In this document: positions 18,001 to 18,249 of the stretch, in pieces
Layout: the number at the start of each line of letters is the position of its first letter
How positions within the stretch are numbered: the first letter of the stretch is position 1
DNA from: a virus
Lineage: Duplodnaviria > Heunggongvirae > Uroviricota > Caudoviricetes
DNA: 18,249 nucleotides
IMG/VR virus record: IMGVR_UViG_2651869725_000017
Direction: 5' to 3' (one strand)
Position numbers and translations under genes: made by a program
Notes under the pieces: model-generated
Seen by the model: the letters and a program-made list of their open reading frames with translations, nothing else
Told to the model about the DNA's origin: nothing
Databases searched by the model: none

Positions 18001-18249
18001 TTAGTGAACAAACCACTCGTCAGCAGATTCCCAGGTATCTTTCAGAGTCTCCTGAACAAAAGTTTTTGCAGAATCCTTATCTGCGGTGCGTGTAACAGAA
18101 AGGCCATCGTTGCTGGTGGCTTTTACGATCACCTCTACATCGTCATAACGTTTACTGATGCGTCGGGTTAATTCTTCCTTTAACGCATCCACAGCACCGG
18201 TTGGCATTTTAGTCATTTTTTCTTTGGCTATGCAGATTTCAATACGCAT
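18001..18249 (-). CDS. dinI: DinI-family protein (DNA-damage-inducible protein I-like, RecA modulator)
   Basis: 82-aa minus-strand ORF. C-terminus ...[16 protein letters not shown] and N-terminus MRIEI.IAK match my recollection of E. coli DinI. Start codon is the last triplet of the window, so promoter and any LexA box are outside it. Confidence 0.85.
   Translation of the reverse strand: MRIEICIAKEKMTKMPTGAVDALKEELTRRISKRYDDVEVIVKATSNDGLSVTRTADKDSAKTFVQETLKDTWESADEWFVH

Larger units (their letters stand above)
1..18249. mobile_element. Prophage late (structural) region: HK97-type head genes joined to Mu-like contractile tail genes; boundaries lie outside the window
   Basis: Contiguous co-oriented terminase, portal, protease, capsid, connector, sheath, tube, tape measure, baseplate and fibre genes with coupled start/stop overlaps. 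No att sites or integrase visible. Confidence 0.85.

Noticed and set aside
1-18249. Scan for tRNA genes, CRISPR repeats, integrase/att sites and defence-system operons
   Set aside because: None apparent by eye: coding density is near-continuous on one strand and every sizeable ORF is accounted for by a virion morphogenesis role. A formal tRNAscan or repeat search could not be run.

Overview
The window is almost entirely one strand-polarised (+) virion morphogenesis module of a tailed prophage, probably from an enterobacterial host (inferred from gene content and GC-rich codon usage; not computed). Gene order is terminase small (5' end cut by the window edge) and large subunits, portal, prohead protease, HK97-fold major capsid, head-tail connector and head-closure proteins, then a Mu-like contractile-tail block: sheath, tube, chaperone with frameshift, tape measure, DNA-circulation protein, baseplate proteins, a short tail fibre and its assembly protein. 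Genes are tightly packed, many with ATGA/TAATG/GTGA start-stop overlaps. A DinI-family gene on the minus strand closes the window. All functional calls rest on my recognition of protein families in the supplied translations; no database search was run. I found no tRNA, rRNA, CRISPR array, integrase or lysis cassette. I do not see a clearly novel multi-gene system; the points most worth follow-up are a two-helix membrane mini-protein between terminase and portal, the frameshift in the tail chaperone, a compositional break with a possible invertase crossover site in the tail fibre, and the dinI-like gene.
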